64,000 nt of DNA from a bacterium (GCA_965216315.1 CBDCFN010000015.1:423801-487800); one strand, 5' to 3'. Positions 37,469-48,407 are shown, numbered from the stretch's first letter. Notes: a model not told the origin generated them from the letters alone. Translations and numbers: made by a program.

Positions 37469-38893
37469 ATGCCGCTCCGTATCTACAATTCATTAAATCA
37501 GGCCAAGGAGGAATTCTCGCCGCTCGAACGTGGTAAGGTTCGCATGTATGTCTGCGGAGTGACGGTCTATGATGACTGTCACCTCGGTCATGCGCGTGCT
37601 GCTGTCGTTTTTGATGTGATTTATCGTTATCTCAAATATCTCGGGTATGAGGTGACGTATATTCGCAACTTTACCGACATCGATGACAAGATTATCAAGA
37701 AGGCGCAAGAGACCGGCGAAGATTGGAAGGCGCTGACGCAGCGCTATATTCAATCGTACAAAGATGTCATGGCCCGGCTGGGCGTTGAAGAACCGAGTGC
37801 CGAGCCGCTGGCCACCAACCATATCGACGATATGCTCGACCTAATCAAACGGCTGGAGCAGAACGGTCTGGCTTATGAAGCAGGTGGGGATGTCTTTTAT
37901 TCGGTGCGCAAGCTCAGTGACTACGGCAAGCTTTCACACAAAAAAATCGACGAACTCGATGTGGGGGCCCGTATCGGCGTCGATGAACGCAAGGCGGATC
38001 CGTTGGATTTCGTCCTTTGGAAGGCGGCTAAACCGGGAGAGCCGCAATGGGCTTCGCCTTGGGGCGAGGGCCGGCCGGGCTGGCATATCGAATGCAGTGC
38101 CATGAGTATGAAATATCTCGGGGACTCCTTTGATATCCATGGGGGCGGGCGGGATCTCATCTTCCCGCATCATGAAAATGAAATCGCCCAGTCCGAAGGG
38201 GCCACGGGAAAACCGTTTGCGCGTTATTGGATCCATAACGGTTTTGTGAACATCAATGCGGAAAAAATGAGTAAGTCGTTGGGGAATATTCGGTCGATTC
38301 CGGCTATTCTGGAACAATGGGACCCTGAAGTTGTACGCTATTTTCTTTTGTCAGCCAATTATGGGTCTCCATTAGACTTTACCGACAAAGCTATGGAAGA
38401 CGCCGAGTCATCTTTGACGCGTTTTTATGAGATGTTGGTGCGGCTTGGTGATTCGCCGTCAGGTGCGGATGCAATCTCCATTGATTGGAAACAAATCATG
38501 GAAAACGGCATGAACGACGATTTTAATTCGCCGGCCGTTATTGGCGGTGTTTTTGAGGCCGTGCGTGAGATCAATCGCCAACTCGATGCCGGTAAGCAAT
38601 TTTCAAGCGATGCGAGAACCGAATTTAGTCAGGGGGTCCAGCTGGTCCATGAAGTCCTTGGGGTTTTTGGCTCAGATCCCGTCGACTTTTTGGCGCGACG
38701 CAAAAAAATGAAATCAGAGCAGGCGGGCATTAGTGAGGAAGATGTTTTGAAATTGATTGATGAACGTATTGCGGCACGTTCTTCCAAGGACTGGAAACGG
38801 GCGGACGAGATACGAGATCAGCTGGACGAACTCAACGTAAGGATCAAAGACAACCCTGATGGGACGACGTCCTGGTCGTTTGAGTCGCGGTAG
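37469..38893 (+). CDS. cysS: Cysteine--tRNA ligase
   Basis: CGVTVYD..HLGHAR, GRPGWHIECSAM, FPHHENE, KMSKSLGN. Confidence 0.97.
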   Translation: MPLRIYNSLNQAKEEFSPLERGKVRMYVCGVTVYDDCHLGHARAAVVFDVIYRYLKYLGYEVTYIRNFTDIDDKIIKKAQETGEDWKALTQRYIQSYKDVMARLGVEEPSAEPLATNHIDDMLDLIKRLEQNGLAYEAGGDVFYSVRKLSDYGKLSHKKIDELDVGARIGVDERKADPLDFVLWKAAKPGEPQWASPWGEGRPGWHIECSAMSMKYLGDSFDIHGGGRDLIFPHHENEIAQSEGATGKPFARYWIHNGFVNINAEKMSKSLGNIRSIPAILEQWDPEVVRYFLLSANYGSPLDFTDKAMEDAESSLTRFYEMLVRLGDSPSGADAISIDWKQIMENGMNDDFNSPAVIGGVFEAVREINRQLDAGKQFSSDARTEFSQGVQLVHEVLGVFGSDPVDFLARRKKMKSEQAGISEEDVLKLIDERIAARSSKDWKRADEIRDQLDELNVRIKDNPDGTTSWSFESR

Positions 38894-38898
38894 TCGCC

Positions 38899-39228
38899 GT
38901 GACGAGAAAACACATCCAAATCATCGCTTCTCTGCTCTGTCCAGCGGGTAGTGGGGCCGACGCGGCGGATTTCTTTAAAGACCTGTTCAAAACCATTCCC
39001 TTTATGATGGCCGTGGGGCTGCGGTTACTGTTTTGGGTCTTTTGGTGGGCCCCACTCTTTACGATTTGGCGTTTGCGTACGGTTCGTTATCTCAGTGAGG
39101 TTGATCGTGAACGTTATTTTGCCTGGTGGGAGTATCATCGCTGGTACTTTGTCCGCGAGGGTTACAATTCTCTCAAGGTCTTATCCTTGGTTGCACGCAT
39201 CGGCCGTGAATGGGAGCTCAAGCGATGA
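38899..39228 (+). CDS. Small hypothetical protein coupled to a GMC oxidoreductase
   Basis: ATGA overlap with the next gene; hydrophobic, aromatic-rich. Confidence 0.6.
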   Translation: MTRKHIQIIASLLCPAGSGADAADFFKDLFKTIPFMMAVGLRLLFWVFWWAPLFTIWRLRTVRYLSEVDRERYFAWWEYHRWYFVREGYNSLKVLSLVARIGREWELKR

Positions 39229-40673
39229 AGACGCATTACACTGATGTTGTCGTGATCGGAAGCGGTGCGGGTGGGGCGGTGGTGGCACATCGTCTCGTCG
39301 AGGCGGGTTATAGCGTCACCCTTTTGGAGGCGGGGGCTTATGTAAAGACGGCCGAGTACTCGACGGATTTTTGGGCGACGATGAAAAATTTGTTCTGGGA
39401 CAATGGCTTTCAGTACGCGCCCGGCCGTCCGACGATTCCATTCCTCCAAGGGTGTGCCGTCGGCGGGACCACCGTGATCAACTCCGCGATCTCCTGGGAT
39501 TTGCCACGTGAGGTGCATGAGCAGTGGAGGCGGACGGAGGCCTTTGACATCGATTATGAAGACATTGCTACGGAACAACGGCGCCTGCGCCAAGACCTGA
39601 ATATTCGGCCGGTCGATCCGCAGATAGCCGGAGAGAATAATAATATTATGGCGCGTGCCGCGCAAAAGCTTGGTTGGAAGGGCAACGTCGTCGACCGTAA
39701 TGAGCGCAACTGCCAGGGATCGGGGCGATGCTTGTTAGGCTGCCCGCATGGGGCCAAGTTGAGCATGGATGTGAGTTATGTTCCTTGGGCCTTGGACAAG
39801 GGCATGGAACTGATACCGAACTGCAAGGCGGAGCGGCTATTGATTGAAAAAGGACGTGTGGTTGGGGTGATTGCCAAAGAGAAAAAGCGTTTGTGCATCA
39901 AGGCCAAGCGTGTCGTGGTGGCGGCCGGTGTGATTCAGTCGCCGCTCATTTTGCAGCGCAGCCGGGTCCCCGACCCGGCCCGGTTGATTGGGACCCACTT
40001 GATGTCTCACCCCGGGGTTTCAGTTGTCGGTCTCTATGACGAGGCTGTCAATCTATGGAAAGGCGCGACGCAGGGCTATGAGGTGATGGAGTTTCACGGC
40101 GAGGGACTTAAGCTGGAATCTTTAGGGATCAGTCCGTCCTTATTTGGTTTGCGCCTGCCGGGTGCCGGCAAAAAATTAGGCGAGTTGTTGGAAAAGCGGG
40201 CGCACATGACCTTGTGGGCCTGTCCCGCCCGTGCCAAGAGTCTGGGATCCGTCAAGACAGGGCGGCCAATCTCCCCGATCCGCTATAATTTTATTCAAGA
40301 AGACCTCGATACTTTTCTAAAAGGGATACGTTTGCTTGGTCAGTTGATGTTTGCCGGCGGGGCCCGAGAGGTTTATCCTGGCATCGTGGGGCGCCCGGAT
40401 GTCGTGCGGAGTGTTGAAGAACTCAATGAAGTGACCAGTGCTTCCTTTCGCGGCGAAGCGATTCATCCCGTGGCGACCCATTTGTTTGGCACCTGTCGCC
40501 TCTCCGCCGATCCCGGACGCGGGGTCGTTAATCAGAACTTCGAATCGCATCACGTCAAGGGTCTCTATGTTGCAGACGGATCGGTGTTTCCTTCCAACAC
40601 CGGTGTCAATCCACAGCTGGCCATCATGGCCTTGGCCGGTGTGGCTGCGCAGCGGATTGCGACATCGTTGTGA
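39225..40673 (+). CDS. GMC-family FAD oxidoreductase
   Basis: VIGSGAGG, VGGTTVINS, CQGSGRCLLGC, HLFGTCR, ADGSVFP..GVNP. Confidence 0.9.
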   Translation: MKTHYTDVVVIGSGAGGAVVAHRLVEAGYSVTLLEAGAYVKTAEYSTDFWATMKNLFWDNGFQYAPGRPTIPFLQGCAVGGTTVINSAISWDLPREVHEQWRRTEAFDIDYEDIATEQRRLRQDLNIRPVDPQIAGENNNIMARAAQKLGWKGNVVDRNERNCQGSGRCLLGCPHGAKLSMDVSYVPWALDKGMELIPNCKAERLLIEKGRVVGVIAKEKKRLCIKAKRVVVAAGVIQSPLILQRSRVPDPARLIGTHLMSHPGVSVVGLYDEAVNLWKGATQGYEVMEFHGEGLKLESLGISPSLFGLRLPGAGKKLGELLEKRAHMTLWACPARAKSLGSVKTGRPISPIRYNFIQEDLDTFLKGIRLLGQLMFAGGAREVYPGIVGRPDVVRSVEELNEVTSASFRGEAIHPVATHLFGTCRLSADPGRGVVNQNFESHHVKGLYVADGSVFPSNTGVNPQLAIMALAGVAAQRIATSL

Positions 40674-40718
40674 AGGCAAATATTTGCTAGCAACTCAGTA
40701 GCTTCATCTCGTCGATAA

Positions 40719-40767
40719 GACCTCCCTCTGGCACCTCCTTAAGTAAGAAGGAGGGGATAAGGAGTGA
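40719..40767. repeat. Degenerate hairpin element left of DUF559
   Basis: GACCTCCCTCTGGCACCTCCTT-AAGTAAG-AAGGAGGGG resembles the first half of 41134-41222. Confidence 0.65.
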
Positions 40768-40771
40768 CATT

Positions 40772-41146
40772 TTGCAGCAGCGTGTACGGATTGGTTTTCG
40801 ATCATTAATTTCGAGACGTCGTAAACTTAGAAAAGAGCAGACGCCTACTGAGTTAGTCCTGTGGAAATATTTAAGAGCGAAGCGATTCAAAGGGATTAAG
40901 TTTCGCAGACAACATGGGATTGGACCTTATATCGTTGATTTCTGCGCTCCTCGTCTGCGTATTGTAATTGAAGTTGATGGGGATATCCATGCACTCCCAC
41001 AACAGAGAGAATACGATAAGGTAAGACAAGAGGAACTTGAGTCTCTCGGTTATCAAGTGCTTCGATATTCTAACAGTGACGTGTGGATGAATTTGGAATC
41101 AGTTCTAGACGATATTTTGAGACACATTTTGAAGACCTCCCCCTAG
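40772..41146 (+). CDS. DUF559 (Vsr-like) endonuclease-domain protein
   Basis: LRKEQTPTELVLW..LR, KFRRQH.IGPYIVDF, IEVDG..H, GYQVLRY.N; visibly more AT-rich than neighbours. Confidence 0.92.
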   Translation: MQQRVRIGFRSLISRRRKLRKEQTPTELVLWKYLRAKRFKGIKFRRQHGIGPYIVDFCAPRLRIVIEVDGDIHALPQQREYDKVRQEELESLGYQVLRYSNSDVWMNLESVLDDILRHILKTSP

Positions 41147-41222
41147 CCCCCTCCTTCTTAAGGAGGGGGGAGGAAAACGGTGACTCCCTCTCCTTGCTAA
41201 GGAGAGGGTGGGGGAGAGGTCC
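41134..41222. repeat. Double-hairpin MITE-like element (family B)
   Basis: GACCTCCCCCTAGCCCCCTCCTTCTTAAGGAGGGGGG...ACTCCCTCTCCTTGCTAAGGAGAGGGTGGGGAGAGGTCC; near-identical arms at 62729-62812. Confidence 0.85.
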
Positions 41223-43016
41223 TTAATCAATAGCAATCGGTCCGCAGTATTCCCAGTAACAGCCGTAGTTCGGGACTTCAAAGCCGGGGAAGAGCTCGCC
41301 GAAGAGCTCGTCGCTTAGATCATCGAACGAGTTAGCCTTGAGGCCCGCTTCCGAGATTGTGTAGAGCGCGTTACCGATGTCTAGCGAGCGGCGCATGCGT
41401 GGAGAGAATTCGGTGTCCTCAGTGATCAGGTCATCGTGTGTGACCTGTGCAAGCGAAGTAAAGCCGCTGGGTCCGACCTTGTAGACCGCCATATAGGATT
41501 TGGACCACTGATACTGAATCGGAATGGACAGCACCCCGCGGTCTTCAAAGAAGGAGAAGGCGCGGTGTTCGCGTTGGGCCTCCGATGAATCGGATTCCTC
41601 GATCGTGATTTGCTCTATCAAAGTCGGTTGGCTCAGACTCGAGATATCAAAGAGACTCAAGATCACCCGGCCCCAAAACTCTTGTTCCGAGCCGATGGAA
41701 ATCAACAGATCTCCCCACACATGGATATGGGTCGGAAAACCCGGGACATCCAGTTCGCCTAGTATCGTCGGGTTGGCGGGATCGCTAAGATCGATAGTGA
41801 TCAGGGGGTCCTTCGTGACGAAAGTGGTGACGTAGGCTGTATCTTGAATCAAGCGCGCGGCGGTAATCGATTCACCGGGTGCGATCGCATCGGTTTGTCC
41901 GACTTGTTTGAATCCGTTGTTGACGTCGAACAAGGTCAGGTAGTTACGATTGTCGTCGGCGCCGAAGGTCGAACGGTTGGTTGTCGTCGCGATGCGGAAA
42001 TGGCCCTTGTACTCATCCATCGAAAACTGATTGACGAACTGACCCGGAACCGAACCGTTCGCGCGGGGAATGACTCCGTGCTGCGGGTTCGCGATATGAA
42101 ACGCGAAGATCTCCGTCTCGTCGCCGTTGTAGGAATAGTTGGACAGGTAAAGATAATCGGGTGAGGCCGTGAACTGCGACCAGTCGCCGCCAAACACGGT
42201 GATCGGTTTGGGCAACTCCCCTAATTGAGCTAGATCCAACTTGTCGACCTGCCAGGCGGTGACACTATAAAAATAAGGTTCATCGAGTATGGACTCCGGG
42301 GCATAGGAGCGTTGGCATTCGTCTTTATCGTCTGAAAATTCCTCGATATCCCCCGTATAGACCCACTGGCGCGTGACTAGGTATATCGTGTTGTCGACCT
42401 TGCGGGAGTCCGAATAGGATCCGGTAAGGGCATAGCTTTCCAGTAGGTCCGGTTTCTTTGCATCAGTAACGTCATAAACGCGGACCTGCGTCGCGCCCGG
42501 TACCTCGGAGAGCGCATTGGTTGCGATCGGGCCATAGTAGTTTGGGTTCCCGACGATAGCAACGCGCAGCCCGTCTACAAAGAGCTCGACCGGGGTGAGA
42601 TTTAATTCGGTGCGGGAGAGCAGAGACGTTGATGCTGGTGCGCTGACATCATAGATCAACAGCCCGAGTTGATGACTCAAGATATAGAGCCGATTGCCGA
42701 CATGCTTGACGATGTCGGCCTGTTCGACGCGGGCACTCGAACTCCCTTCATCGCTAGCGGCTTCCGGGGCACCGAGGTCGGCACCGTCGCCGGAACCGCC
42801 ACTGCTGTTGACGTCATCGGCGAAAACCGTATCGGAGGAATTACTTGCGGCCTCGCCGAAGAAGGCAACGATTTCGTTGCAGTCTTTGAATTGCCGCAGG
42901 GCGGAGAGCGGAACCGGGGGTGTCGGGTCATTCGTGCCGGTTGCGCTCTCCTCGCAGCCTGTGGTTATACAAGCGGTGGTGATGAGACAGATGATAAGTG
43001 GAAAAAGTTTTTTCAT
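41223..43016 (-). CDS. Secreted beta-propeller-domain lipoprotein
   Basis: Lipobox ITG-C; EQADIVK, SDSRKVD, NQFSMDEY.G.FRIATT, DPL..IDLSDP..P..LGELDVPGF. Confidence 0.85.
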   Translation of the reverse strand: MKKLFPLIICLITTACITTGCEESATGTNDPTPPVPLSALRQFKDCNEIVAFFGEAASNSSDTVFADDVNSSGGSGDGADLGAPEAASDEGSSSARVEQADIVKHVGNRLYILSHQLGLLIYDVSAPASTSLLSRTELNLTPVELFVDGLRVAIVGNPNYYGPIATNALSEVPGATQVRVYDVTDAKKPDLLESYALTGSYSDSRKVDNTIYLVTRQWVYTGDIEEFSDDKDECQRSYAPESILDEPYFYSVTAWQVDKLDLAQLGELPKPITVFGGDWSQFTASPDYLYLSNYSYNGDETEIFAFHIANPQHGVIPRANGSVPGQFVNQFSMDEYKGHFRIATTTNRSTFGADDNRNYLTLFDVNNGFKQVGQTDAIAPGESITAARLIQDTAYVTTFVTKDPLITIDLSDPANPTILGELDVPGFPTHIHVWGDLLISIGSEQEFWGRVILSLFDISSLSQPTLIEQITIEESDSSEAQREHRAFSFFEDRGVLSIPIQYQWSKSYMAVYKVGPSGFTSLAQVTHDDLITEDTEFSPRMRRSLDIGNALYTISEAGLKANSFDDLSDELFGELFPGFEVPNYGCYWEYCGPIAID

Positions 43017-43117
43017 GGGATCCTCCTTGTTCTCTGACTTGATCTAAGCACTCTATCGCAGGGCAATCCAGAAAAGTCCTTTATTTTCAAGTATTTGTGT
43101 ATTCTGTAGAATACACC

Positions 43118-43711
43118 TTACGGGCACGCGAGATCGCCGTCCGCGGCCGCTTCGGGAACGATGACAAATATTTCGGTGCAGCTATCCGGTAGGATGTCGG
43201 CGACTTGGCTGAAATCATCGACGTTGATACTGTTGGTAATAACGGAACAGTCGATAGCATCAATGTCTGCCTTGCACGTGGCAAAGCCCTCTGAATCGGT
43301 CAGGGCCGTGCCGTTACGCAGCTCATTTTGAAGCTGGTCGGCGGTGAAGTCGAAGCCCGCCGGACCGACAATGGCAGCGATCGGATCGCCTTCGCTATCG
43401 GTGAGCCTATCGATACAGTGCAGCGTGCCGATCGAATTATCACAGAGAAAAATGTTAAGACAGAGGCGTTCGACTAATTCGTTGTAATCGGTTTCTTCCT
43501 CGGCCAGTCCCGTGCCTTGACTCTTGAAGCCGAGCACAAGACCCGGGCAATCGGATGAGGCATCGACGCCGCTGCCGTCTTCAGCGTCCGGTTCATCACT
43601 GGGAACTCCGGGGAGGCTGGGGTTGCCGGTTTCCGTGCCATGGCCGCAGGCAGGAAAGATCGCGGCGATGATTCCCAGTACGATGAAAAATTTCAGGAGA
43701 CCTTGGGCCAT
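43118..43711 (-). CDS. Cys-rich lipoprotein with a GTETGNP motif
   Basis: Lipobox FPA-C followed by GHGTETGNP; overlaps the TIGR02147 gene. Confidence 0.72.
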   Translation of the reverse strand: MAQGLLKFFIVLGIIAAIFPACGHGTETGNPSLPGVPSDEPDAEDGSGVDASSDCPGLVLGFKSQGTGLAEEETDYNELVERLCLNIFLCDNSIGTLHCIDRLTDSEGDPIAAIVGPAGFDFTADQLQNELRNGTALTDSEGFATCKADIDAIDCSVITNSINVDDFSQVADILPDSCTEIFVIVPEAAADGDLACP

Positions 43712-44532
43712 GGGACCTCCGTGAGATTAAAAATCTGAAAGTTGAGCTGATAAACGGCATCGGCCTTGCCGTCTTCGGATAAGAGGACATTGAGCTCCCG
43801 CCTGAATTCCTGAATACGCCGCTTGGCTTCTTGAAATTTCTCCTGCGAAACCGCGATGGTGATAGCGGAAATGTCACGCTTGTCATGTGCCGTAAGCTCG
43901 ATCGACTCGGCGGCACGTCGGAGCATGGATCGATGAAAGTTGGCCACTGCGAGTGACTGGACCTCGCGCGCCGTGGCGATGTTGCGTTCTGCCTGGACGA
44001 GTTTACCTTTGCTATTTTTTTTGACGAAACCGAGTTTTAATAAGAGTTCAATCGCCTCTTTGGCTTCTTTGACGGTGATTCTGGGATGTAGAGTTTTCGC
44101 AATCCATTCGGGATCGTTCTCAAAATCCGGTAATAAGATGAGTTCACGAATGGCCGCGTAGTACCAACGCGAATAGTATTCGAATTGAGATTTTTCTATT
44201 TCACTGATTTCGCGATAGCGTTTGGAAGTAGCAAGTTTCTTATACCACTTATTGCGCTCCTGATCCGTCTTGGCCTGGTTAAAGTGGACGAGGTGTTTAA
44301 AGAAACGACCTTCTTCACGGTCGAGACGTAGCCCTTTGATAAAGCGCTCGATGCCGTCATCACTGAGATTGCGTTTGCCGTCCATGACCAATTGGAGAAA
44401 GTTGGGTGAGCTAAAACCCGCCTGACGAGAGAAGGCCCGGTAGGAAAAGGCAGAGCCCTTGGATTCTTTCTTGGCCCGATAGTAATCCTTGAGGTAGTGT
44501 CGGTAATCGAGATACTTGAAGATCTGGGGCAT
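43693..44532 (-). CDS. TIGR02147-family protein (HTH + DUF4423-like)
   Basis: IFKYLDYRHYL, FSYRAFSRQAGFSSPNFL..V..GKRNL, WYYAAIREL, RDISAIT, VYQLNFQIF. Confidence 0.88.
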   Translation of the reverse strand: MPQIFKYLDYRHYLKDYYRAKKESKGSAFSYRAFSRQAGFSSPNFLQLVMDGKRNLSDDGIERFIKGLRLDREEGRFFKHLVHFNQAKTDQERNKWYKKLATSKRYREISEIEKSQFEYYSRWYYAAIRELILLPDFENDPEWIAKTLHPRITVKEAKEAIELLLKLGFVKKNSKGKLVQAERNIATAREVQSLAVANFHRSMLRRAAESIELTAHDKRDISAITIAVSQEKFQEAKRRIQEFRRELNVLLSEDGKADAVYQLNFQIFNLTEVPWPKVS

Positions 44533-44705
44533 AATTCTATTCTCGACCGAAACGTCGGCCGAGTCCATAGAAAAGTTGCTTCTTATTTTAATTATAGAAT
44601 ACTAAAAATAACAAATATTGTAATAATATTAGTATGTTATTCTAAATATATAGATATAAAAAAATATGAATAGAATACACCAAAAAGCATCCAATGGGAG
44701 GAACT

Positions 44706-45128
44706 ATGCGCACAATAGCGATTCTATCAACCGTCCTGATGACCCTCGTCGCCGTCAGTGCTTGGGGGGCCGCTAAGATGGTTACCAATCCGAGTGGGTT
44801 AAAATATGTCGATGAAAAGGTCGGAACCGGAGCGGAGGCCAAGACCGGTAAAAGTGTTGTTGTTCACTATACCGGCTGGCTCAATCAAGCCGGCAAGAAG
44901 GGCAGCAAGTTCGATAGCTCGGTCGATCGTGGCAAAAAATTCACCTTTCCGCTGGGTGCCGGACGCGTGATCCGTGGTTGGGATGAAGGCGTTGCGGGCA
45001 TGAAGATAGGTGGGAAACGAACGCTCTATATCCCGTCCAAGATGGCCTACGGAGAACGCGGTGCAGGAGCGGCGATTCCGCCGAATGCCGACCTTATTTT
45101 CGACGTCGAGTTGTTTGAAGTAAACTGA
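44706..45128 (+). CDS. FKBP-type peptidyl-prolyl isomerase with a signal peptide
   Basis: VHYTGWL, FDSSVDR, VIRGWDEG, AYGERG, IPPNA.LIFDVEL; GGAGG RBS before ATG 44706. Confidence 0.93.
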   Translation: MRTIAILSTVLMTLVAVSAWGAAKMVTNPSGLKYVDEKVGTGAEAKTGKSVVVHYTGWLNQAGKKGSKFDSSVDRGKKFTFPLGAGRVIRGWDEGVAGMKIGGKRTLYIPSKMAYGERGAGAAIPPNADLIFDVELFEVN

Positions 45129-47132
45129 TTGTTTAAACTCGTTTCCAATTTTAAGCCCCAAGGCGACCAGCCCGAGGCCATTCGGCAGCTGGTCGCCGGG
45201 GTTCGTGACGGTGTGAAGAACCAGACCCTGCTCGGGGTGACGGGTTCGGGGAAGACCTTTACGATTGCTAATCTCATCGCTCAGGTTCAAAAGCCGACCC
45301 TCATCCTGGCGCCGAATAAGACCCTGGCGGCGCAACTCTATTCGGAGTTTAGGTCTTTGTTTCCGGAAAATGCTGTCGAGTACTTTGTCAGTTATTATGA
45401 CTACTATCAGCCAGAAGCCTATGTTCCGGAACGGGATCTCTTTATCGAAAAAGACAGTGCCATCAACGACGAGATCGATAAACTGCGTCACGCCGCGACA
45501 CGGGCGCTGCTCGAACGCAACGATGTCATCATTGTTTCTTCGGTTTCCTGCATCTATGGACTCGGGTCGCCGGAGGCCTATCATGGCATGCTTGTCTTTG
45601 TCGAAAAGGGCCAAGAAATCGATCGCAACAAGGTCCTCTTGGATCTGACCAAGATCCAATATCAGCGCAATGATATCGATTTTCATCGCGGGACCTTTCG
45701 TGTTCGCGGCGATACGGTGGAAGTTTTTCCCGCCCACGAAGATGAGCAGGCCATTCGTATCGAGTTTTTCGGTGATGAGATTGAGTCGATCTCGGCGATT
45801 GATCCGTTGCGTGGGTCTCGCCTTGCCGAGTTAGAAAAAATAGCCATCTATCCGGCGAGCCACTTTGTGACCTGGGAAGAGCAAAGTAAGAAGGCCATTG
45901 TGACGGTGGCTGAGGAATTGAAAGAACGGCTCGAACAGTTGCGAAGCCTTGGCAAGGCCGTCGAAGCACAGCGGTTGGAGCAACGGACCAATTATGACCT
46001 CGAGCTCTTAGAACAGATTGGTTTTTGTAAGGGAATCGAGAACTACTCGCGGCACCTGACCGGCCGCGCCCCCGGCGAACCGCCGCCGACTTTGTTAGAT
46101 TATTATCCCGATGATTGGCTGATGGTGATCGATGAGAGCCACATCAGTGTGGCCCAGGTCGGTGGGATGTATAAAGGCGACCGCGCACGCAAAGAGAATC
46201 TCGTGGAATACGGATTTCGGTTGCCTTCGGCCCTTGATAATCGGCCCCTGCGTTTTGATGAATTTGAAAAGCTCCTCAATCAAGTTATCTACGTCTCGGC
46301 GACGCCGGCGGATTATGAGTTAGAGCAATCCGGGGGTGTCGTCGTTGAACAATTGATACGGCCCACAGGGTTGATTGATCCGGAGGTTGAGGTACGACCG
46401 GTCACAAATCAAGTCGATGATCTCTTAGAGGAAATTCGCCAACGGGTCCAATGCGAAGAACGCGTATTGGTGACCACACTGACCAAGCGCATGTCCGAGG
46501 ACCTGACTCAGTATTATGAAGAGGTCGGGGTACGGGTGCGTTATCTGCATTCGGATATCGATACGCTGGAGCGGGTGGAGATACTCCGTGATCTCAGACT
46601 GGGTAAATTTGACGTGTTGATCGGCATTAATCTGCTGCGCGAGGGGCTTGATCTGCCCGAGGTCTCACTCGTGGCCATACTCGATGCGGACAAAGAGGGT
46701 TTTCTGCGGTCGACACGCTCGCTCATTCAAACAACCGGGCGCGCGGCCCGCAATGTCAACGGCAAGGTCATCATGTACGCGGATAAGGTGACCGATTCAA
46801 TGCGCCAGGCGATTGACGAAACGAATCGACGCCGGGGTATTCAGGAGACTTTTAATCAGGCGCACGGGATCACGCCGGCGACGGTGAAGAAAAATATTGC
46901 GGATCCGATCCATGCGCCGGGGTCGGAAGATTACTTTACGGTCGATACAGAGGATGTAGGGGCGTCGCTTGCTGCGCCCATTCCGTTGACCGATATTCCC
47001 AAGGAAGTGACTCGCCTCACCACAGAAATGAAAGCGGCGGCCAAGGACCTGGACTTTGAAAAGGCGGCAGAATTGCGGGATCGGGTAAAAGAGTTGCAGG
47101 AGATGGAATTACGATTAGGGGTCAGAGTCTAA
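45129..47132 (+). CDS. uvrB: Excinuclease ABC subunit B
   Basis: [29 protein letters not shown]-terminal UVR domain. Confidence 0.97.
   Translation: MFKLVSNFKPQGDQPEAIRQLVAGVRDGVKNQTLLGVTGSGKTFTIANLIAQVQKPTLILAPNKTLAAQLYSEFRSLFPENAVEYFVSYYDYYQPEAYVPERDLFIEKDSAINDEIDKLRHAATRALLERNDVIIVSSVSCIYGLGSPEAYHGMLVFVEKGQEIDRNKVLLDLTKIQYQRNDIDFHRGTFRVRGDTVEVFPAHEDEQAIRIEFFGDEIESISAIDPLRGSRLAELEKIAIYPASHFVTWEEQSKKAIVTVAEELKERLEQLRSLGKAVEAQRLEQRTNYDLELLEQIGFCKGIENYSRHLTGRAPGEPPPTLLDYYPDDWLMVIDESHISVAQVGGMYKGDRARKENLVEYGFRLPSALDNRPLRFDEFEKLLNQVIYVSATPADYELEQSGGVVVEQLIRPTGLIDPEVEVRPVTNQVDDLLEEIRQRVQCEERVLVTTLTKRMSEDLTQYYEEVGVRVRYLHSDIDTLERVEILRDLRLGKFDVLIGINLLREGLDLPEVSLVAILDADKEGFLRSTRSLIQTTGRAARNVNGKVIMYADKVTDSMRQAIDETNRRRGIQETFNQAHGITPATVKKNIADPIHAPGSEDYFTVDTEDVGASLAAPIPLTDIPKEVTRLTTEMKAAAKDLDFEKAAELRDRVKELQEMELRLGVRV
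46955..46979. repeat. REP-like palindrome inside uvrB (encodes VGASLAAP)
   Basis: TGTAGGGGCGTCGCTTGCTGCGCCC is the inverted copy of 3583-3607. Confidence 0.78.
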
Positions 47133-48407
47133 TTACGCCACCGGTATCGGCGGGAGCCCACGGATTTCGTGCAGAGGGGTAAGCCGGCGTGACGGCCGAT
47201 GGGGGACAGTACGGTGCCGCGAGCGGGAAGCCCGTCGTGGACGCGGTCGTCGATTCAGGATTTTAATATCATGCGGCGTTTCTCCGGCTTCAAAGGCGGC
47301 CTTTAATTTATCGAGAAAGCTTTGCGCCACGGAACATGCACGAATCTTATATTGTATTCTCTCTAAGTCATTGTACCGCAGTGCAAGCCCATAACGGACG
47401 GCCTGAAGGAGTATCTTGGCTTCTTGTTCGCCATGAGGATGCATGTAATTGCTCTGGTCGAATTTTAATTCGATGGCACGGTCGCGATCCCCGACCGAGA
47501 CGGCGACGTCGACTCGAATCTGATTATGGTTGCGATACGTATAACGCCTCTCCAAATCAAGCTCACGAATGACGCCATTGCGAAGATAAACCGATTCGTT
47601 TTCCGTCAGCGTCTCCCAGTCGTAGATGTATTGGTGATCGAGTCGAATATGAGTGGCATCCGTACGCTGGGCCTGCCACAAGGCCTCGGTTTGTTCCATG
47701 ATCGTGGAACGGACGCGACTGACATCACCTAAATATTTTTCATCTCGATCATCAGGAATGAAGCTGCTGCCGTAGTTTTCGATGCGATAATTGAACAGTT
47801 CGAGGGCGGTTTCTAAGATGAACTCCACGCGGCCGAGTCGATCTTTGTGAACGGGGTTGAGTAAGAAGTCGGCCATGTAACGGTAAGAGACTTCACCGTC
47901 TACCATGAGCACATAAATGGCGATGTGGGCGCGTGTCGAGAGATCATCTAGTATGGCCAGAATCTTGCGAAATTCGCGGCGGCCGGTCTTGCCGCGATTA
48001 TGGGTCACACGCTCTAATTGCTTCAGGACGTATTGCTCCATTCGTGTGTTTGAAGGTCGTTCCGTTAACGCATGAAGTTGAGCGGCGTAACTATTGATCG
48101 TGAGCTTCTGGACCGTATCCGCGGTATTCACGAGACTTCTCAATTGAGTCGCCATGCGTTGAATATCGGCAGTCGTGACAGAACGCTGCTGGGCAAGCGA
48201 GATATCTTCCGAAGGATTTCCGAGGAGGGCGTCGACCGCGGCGATCTGGGCCGGATCATGCAGGCTGGGAGCAAACAGTTCTTGCAGCGACATCGGCATC
48301 ATGTGGGTCGTTGCCGCTATGGCGGATGCTGATGAAAATAACGATACACTGGTCGAACCGAGCATAGCGGTCTGATTATCGGTGGCCACTGAGGGTGGTT
48401 GTGACAA
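47133..48407 (-). CDS. Hypothetical protein with a possible C-terminal PD-(D/E)XK nuclease fold
   Basis: RVDVAV...AIELK followed by QAVRY; start uncertain. Confidence 0.55.
   Translation of the reverse strand: MSQPPSVATDNQTAMLGSTSVSLFSSASAIAATTHMMPMSLQELFAPSLHDPAQIAAVDALLGNPSEDISLAQQRSVTTADIQRMATQLRSLVNTADTVQKLTINSYAAQLHALTERPSNTRMEQYVLKQLERVTHNRGKTGRREFRKILAILDDLSTRAHIAIYVLMVDGEVSYRYMADFLLNPVHKDRLGRVEFILETALELFNYRIENYGSSFIPDDRDEKYLGDVSRVRSTIMEQTEALWQAQRTDATHIRLDHQYIYDWETLTENESVYLRNGVIRELDLERRYTYRNHNQIRVDVAVSVGDRDRAIELKFDQSNYMHPHGEQEAKILLQAVRYGLALRYNDLERIQYKIRACSVAQSFLDKLKAAFEAGETPHDIKILNRRPRPRRASRSRHRTVPHRPSRRLTPLHEIRGLPPIPVA

Noticed and set aside
44799..45737. 312-aa antisense ORF and many similar shadow ORFs
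   Set aside because: They overlap well-supported genes (uvrB, valS, cysS, the giant gene) on the opposite strand or frame, as expected from codon bias.
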